DNA of 64,000 nt from an uncultured Candidatus Binatia bacterium (GTDB lineage: Bacteria; Desulfobacterota; Binatia; UBA9968; JAJDTQ01). The notes below the pieces were generated by a model. The model did not search any database and was not told the origin of the DNA. It saw only the letters and a program-made list of their open reading frames with translations. The stretch covers positions 3,808,001 to 3,872,000 of the forward strand of contig OZ243916.1 of the NCBI GenBank assembly GCA_965213675.1, given 5' to 3'. This document shows, in pieces, positions 60,826-64,000 of the stretch (its first letter is position 1; each line of letters opens with the position of its first letter). A program made the translations under genes and the position numbers.

Positions 60826-61923
60826 TCACATCCCGGGCCAGCTTTCCATGGGGTCGGTGGAACTCACGAGGTGCATGCCGGCGGAGGCGGCCTCGTCAAG
60901 GGTCTCTTCGGCGGCTTCGGTGAAGTCGGCGAGGATGGCGCCGTCTGCGCCGCGGACCACCACCGACGACATGCAGTCGGTGAGAAGGTAGACTCTCCGG
61001 GCGAGCGACGGGTCTTGGCGGCGGATTGCGTCCAGCAGGTCCTGCACGGTGCTCTTGACGCAGTGGCTGGCGGCCTGTCCGGCCACCACGAGGGCGTCCG
61101 CTTCCATCAGCGTCCTGTAGAACGGAACGTTGCGCTCCGCGAGAATGCCGCCGTCCCAGGTAGCGAGGACTTCGGGACACAGCACGGAATAGTTCTCCGT
61201 CAGATTGTGCCCGCCCTTGGCCTCGGTCCAGGACTGCGTGGACCGCGCCAGCGAGTGCAGCGTCCGCGCCTCGTCAACGACGCCCGTGACGGTATGGCCG
61301 GGACTTCCCACGAGGCAGTGAGGCGGCCACAGGTAGAGCGTGTAGCGCCCGCCGGACGCCAACTCGCGGTTGTAGAAGCAGCACTGTTCCACCAGCCAAT
61401 CGTAGCCCTGGTCCGTGACCCACGGAGTCATGTCGGGGTTGGGACGCACGTCCTCCTTGAGGATGTTGCCCGCGGGGTCGATGTTGACCAGGACCGTGGC
61501 GGTACGCCCGTCCGCTGTGATGAGCGTGTGGGGGGCCAGCGGCTCGCCGTGGGAATCCACCCAGAACCAGGGAAAGAAGATCTGGAAATTATGATGGCTG
61601 TCCAGGGTGCAGCGGATGTGGGTGAGGCGCGCGAGGTTGCGGTAGATGAACTCTGCGATGCGCCGGTTGTCGTCAACGGCGCCGCGGCCATCGCGGCCGC
61701 CTACGTAGAGCGTGCCCTCGGGGTGGCAGAAGTCCCGCTGCACGTCGATGAGCAGCAGTTCGATGCGCCGGGAGTCCGTTGCGGCGGGCGGGATCTTGAA
61801 CATTCGCCGGAAACGGATGGCTTCGTGGAAGATGGCCATGCGGTCCGGCGCATGGAAGAAGTCGCCGGCCAGCCCGGCGTCGTAGTACGCGGGTGTTTCC
61901 CTGATTTCGGAGGACAGCGCCAT
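60826..61923 (-). CDS. Long-form nicotinamidase/isochorismatase-family cysteine hydrolase
   Basis: LLIDVQRDFC, TLDSH, WPPHC, KG...ENYS, AGQAASHCVKST. Confidence 0.82.
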   Translation of the reverse strand: MALSSEIRETPAYYDAGLAGDFFHAPDRMAIFHEAIRFRRMFKIPPAATDSRRIELLLIDVQRDFCHPEGTLYVGGRDGRGAVDDNRRIAEFIYRNLARLTHIRCTLDSHHNFQIFFPWFWVDSHGEPLAPHTLITADGRTATVLVNIDPAGNILKEDVRPNPDMTPWVTDQGYDWLVEQCCFYNRELASGGRYTLYLWPPHCLVGSPGHTVTGVVDEARTLHSLARSTQSWTEAKGGHNLTENYSVLCPEVLATWDGGILAERNVPFYRTLMEADALVVAGQAASHCVKSTVQDLLDAIRRQDPSLARRVYLLTDCMSSVVVRGADGAILADFTEAAEETLDEAASAGMHLVSSTDPMESWPGM

Positions 61924-61932
61924 TGCTTCCGA

Positions 61933-62113
61933 CTACAGAAGCTTCACCAATGCGGCCACCACTCCGACGCACACGACCATCATCGATCCGAGGCGAAGGG
62001 TCAGCCGCAGTTCCTGTTCCTTCATGTCCTGTTTCAGCCGGAGTTCCAATTCCTTCACGAAGGAATGGGTGTCGCTTCACGAAGGAATGGGTGTCGAATG
62101 CGACCGCGGTCAT
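61933..62113 (-). pseudogene. Frameshifted short DUF1640/CCDC90-like coiled-coil membrane-anchor gene
   Basis: MTAVAFDTHSFVK, then a 22-bp duplication, then ELELRLKQDMKEQELRLTLRLGSMMVVCVGVVAALVKLL* in a shifted frame. Confidence 0.7.
62053..62096. repeat. Perfect 22-bp tandem duplication
   Basis: CTTCACGAAGGAATGGGTGTCG x2. Confidence 0.95.
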
Positions 62114-62277
62114 GGCTGGATTCTAGCGTCCTAGCGGGCCAATGTCCATGCACCGCGGGTCCTGTGTCCGTGCAAGGGACCGCTCCTGGCATGGATCGAG
62201 CCCTTCGGCAGGGCGGTCTCCACGGACCGTGTCGCGTCGTTTGCCCGCCAGCGGTCCAGTGACATAAAAGGGAAGGC

Positions 62278-63135
62278 ATGACGGCCCGCTGGATCGAATT
62301 GTCTGTCCAGGCTCAAGGTTCGGTGCAGGATACGATTTCGGTTTATCTGGTGGAGCGGGGCTCCACCGGTGTCGTCTGCGGCGACCGTTCCCTGCGCGCG
62401 TTCTTTCCGGAGACGGTGGACACGGACGCGGTGAAACCCGCACTCCGGCGCTATCTGCGCGGGCTCCGGGACCTCTTCCCCGACGGGCGCGTGGGCCGTG
62501 CCCGCTGGCGAGTGATCCCTGAAAAGAACTGGCACGACGGCTGGCGCGCGCACTTCACGCCGCAGCGAATCGGCCGCCGGTTTCTGGTGACCCCGCCGTG
62601 GATTCGTCCGCCGGAAGGCCGCCGTCACGTCATCTTCATCGAGCCCGCCATGGCCTTCGGCACCGGAACCCACGAGACCACACGCTGTTGTCTCGAGCTT
62701 ATCGATCAGCATTGTGCCGAACTCGTGCCGGAACGGGCACTGGACGTGGGCACGGGGTCGGGCATCCTGGCCATCGCCCTGGCCCGTCTCGGCGTGCGCG
62801 AGGTGCTGGCGCTGGACAACGACCCCGTGGCCCTGGACGCGGCTCGGGCGAATCTCCGGCTGAACGGCATCGACGGCGCGGTGACCCTGAGCGACGCGCG
62901 TGTCAGCCGGGTGCGGCGCCGGTTTCCGCTGGTGGTGGCAAACCTCATGCTGGAGATCCTGCTGGAGCTGGCCGGTCCGCTGACCCGTTGCGTGAGCGCC
63001 CGCGGCGCGCTCATCCTCTCGGGTCTGCTGCACGAGCACGTGCCCGCGGTGACGCGGCGCTACGAGGGTTTCCGGTTGGCGCAGCGCAGCGACCGCAAGG
63101 AGTGGACCACGCTGCTGCTGCGCAAGGAATCATGA
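62278..63135 (+). CDS. prmA: Ribosomal protein L11 methyltransferase
   Basis: IEPAMAFGTGTHETT, LDVGTGSGILAI, VANL, ILSGL. Confidence 0.93.
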   Translation: MTARWIELSVQAQGSVQDTISVYLVERGSTGVVCGDRSLRAFFPETVDTDAVKPALRRYLRGLRDLFPDGRVGRARWRVIPEKNWHDGWRAHFTPQRIGRRFLVTPPWIRPPEGRRHVIFIEPAMAFGTGTHETTRCCLELIDQHCAELVPERALDVGTGSGILAIALARLGVREVLALDNDPVALDAARANLRLNGIDGAVTLSDARVSRVRRRFPLVVANLMLEILLELAGPLTRCVSARGALILSGLLHEHVPAVTRRYEGFRLAQRSDRKEWTTLLLRKES

Positions 63136-63878
63136 GCCTGCCGCGCTTCCTGGTTGCACCGGACGCGGTGCGCGACGGCGCCGCCACAGTGGCGGGTTCC
63201 GAGTTGACGCACATGCGCAAGGTCCTGCGCCTGCGTCCCGGCGCCAGGGTGCTGCTCTGGGACGGCGCAGGCGCGGAGCACGAGGCCCTGATCCGCGCCT
63301 ATGACGGTGGAGCCGCGACCATGACCGTGGTACGGTCCTATCGCCCGGAGCGGGAATCTCCCCTGGCCGTCACCTTGGCCCAAGCCGTGGGCAAGGGGGA
63401 CAAGATGGACTGGATCGTGGAGAAGTCCACCGAACTCGGGGTGGCCCGCGTGGCGCCGTTTTTCTCGTCGCACACCGTGCCGCGGTTCGGCGGCGACAAG
63501 GGCGAGCGCCGCCGGGAGCGCTGGCAGAAGGTCGCCGCGGCCGCGGCCAGGCAGTCCGGGCGCACGCGGATCCCGGAGATCGGCGAGCCCGTGGGGGTCC
63601 ACGCGCTGCTGGACCGGGACTGGCCCTGCGACGCGAGGCTGTTTTTCCGGGAAGGGGCCGCGTCACGGCGGCTGAATGCCCTGTGTGAGGACTTGGGCAG
63701 CTTGAGTTCGGTGCTCGTGATGGTGGGCCCCGAGGGCGGTTTCAGCGAAGAGGAGGCGGCGGCCGCGGCGGCCCGCGGATTTTACACGGTCGGTCTCGGC
63801 CGCCGCATCCTGCGTACGGAGACCGCGGCGGTGGTCGCAGTGTCCGCCGTGCAGTTGCTGTGGGGTGATCTCGGGTGA
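63132..63878 (+). CDS. rsmE: 16S rRNA m3U1498 methyltransferase
   Basis: HMRKVLRL, KGDKMDWIVEKSTELGV, VGPEGGFS, LGRRILRTETA; ATGA overlap with prmA. Confidence 0.95.
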   Translation: MSLPRFLVAPDAVRDGAATVAGSELTHMRKVLRLRPGARVLLWDGAGAEHEALIRAYDGGAATMTVVRSYRPERESPLAVTLAQAVGKGDKMDWIVEKSTELGVARVAPFFSSHTVPRFGGDKGERRRERWQKVAAAAARQSGRTRIPEIGEPVGVHALLDRDWPCDARLFFREGAASRRLNALCEDLGSLSSVLVMVGPEGGFSEEEAAAAAARGFYTVGLGRRILRTETAAVVAVSAVQLLWGDLG

Positions 63879-64000
63879 GCCGGGGCGGCAGGTTGATGCG
63901 CCTGTGGGTGTGAACCGGGCACGGAGTCTGACGCGCGCACTTCCTGATTGAAATCGGATATGGAACTGGACGGCACACGCGTCCTGCGTGCCGCGGACAG

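Noticed and set aside
52754-64000. Prophage or integrative element at tRNA-Phe
   Set aside because: No integrase, phage gene or att repeat was seen.
63960-64000. Start of a next CDS (MELDGTRVLRAAD)
   Set aside because: Only 13 codons lie within the window, so it cannot be supported or identified.

Overview
A visibly GC-rich, gene-dense bacterial chromosomal segment with about 55 CDSs and one tRNA-Phe(GAA). Housekeeping genes are speA (partial), ppk1, amtB-glnK under a sigma-54 promoter, pckG, an M18 aminopeptidase, tesA/ybbA/ybbP, topB and prmA-rsmE. These are mixed with many catabolic and transport genes: two TctABC-type tripartite tricarboxylate transporters, two orphan NMT1/SsuA-type binding proteins, two amidohydrolases, four alpha/beta hydrolases, tandem LLM monooxygenases, two ornithine-cyclodeaminase-family genes, SDRs, VOC proteins and MFS/DMT transporters. 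This gene-family profile suggests a Binatia-like 'deltaproteobacterium', which is an inference only. I found no transposase, integrase, prophage or CRISPR array. The most unusual features are: (i) three tiny ORFs chained by four consecutive (A/G)TGA stop-start overlaps between ybbA and ybbP; (ii) a coupled GCS2-type ligase-CBS and aspartoacylase-type peptidase gene pair of unknown function; (iii) three families of ~160-bp MITE-like elements that sit at or supply TAG stop codons, two of which share a central core and length, and one of which brackets a metallophosphoesterase gene; (iv) a self-promoted heptad-repeat coiled-coil gene inserted antisense into a catabolic operon, and a DUF1640-like gene frameshifted by a 22-bp tandem duplication. 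All calls come from reading motifs by eye; no database searches were run.
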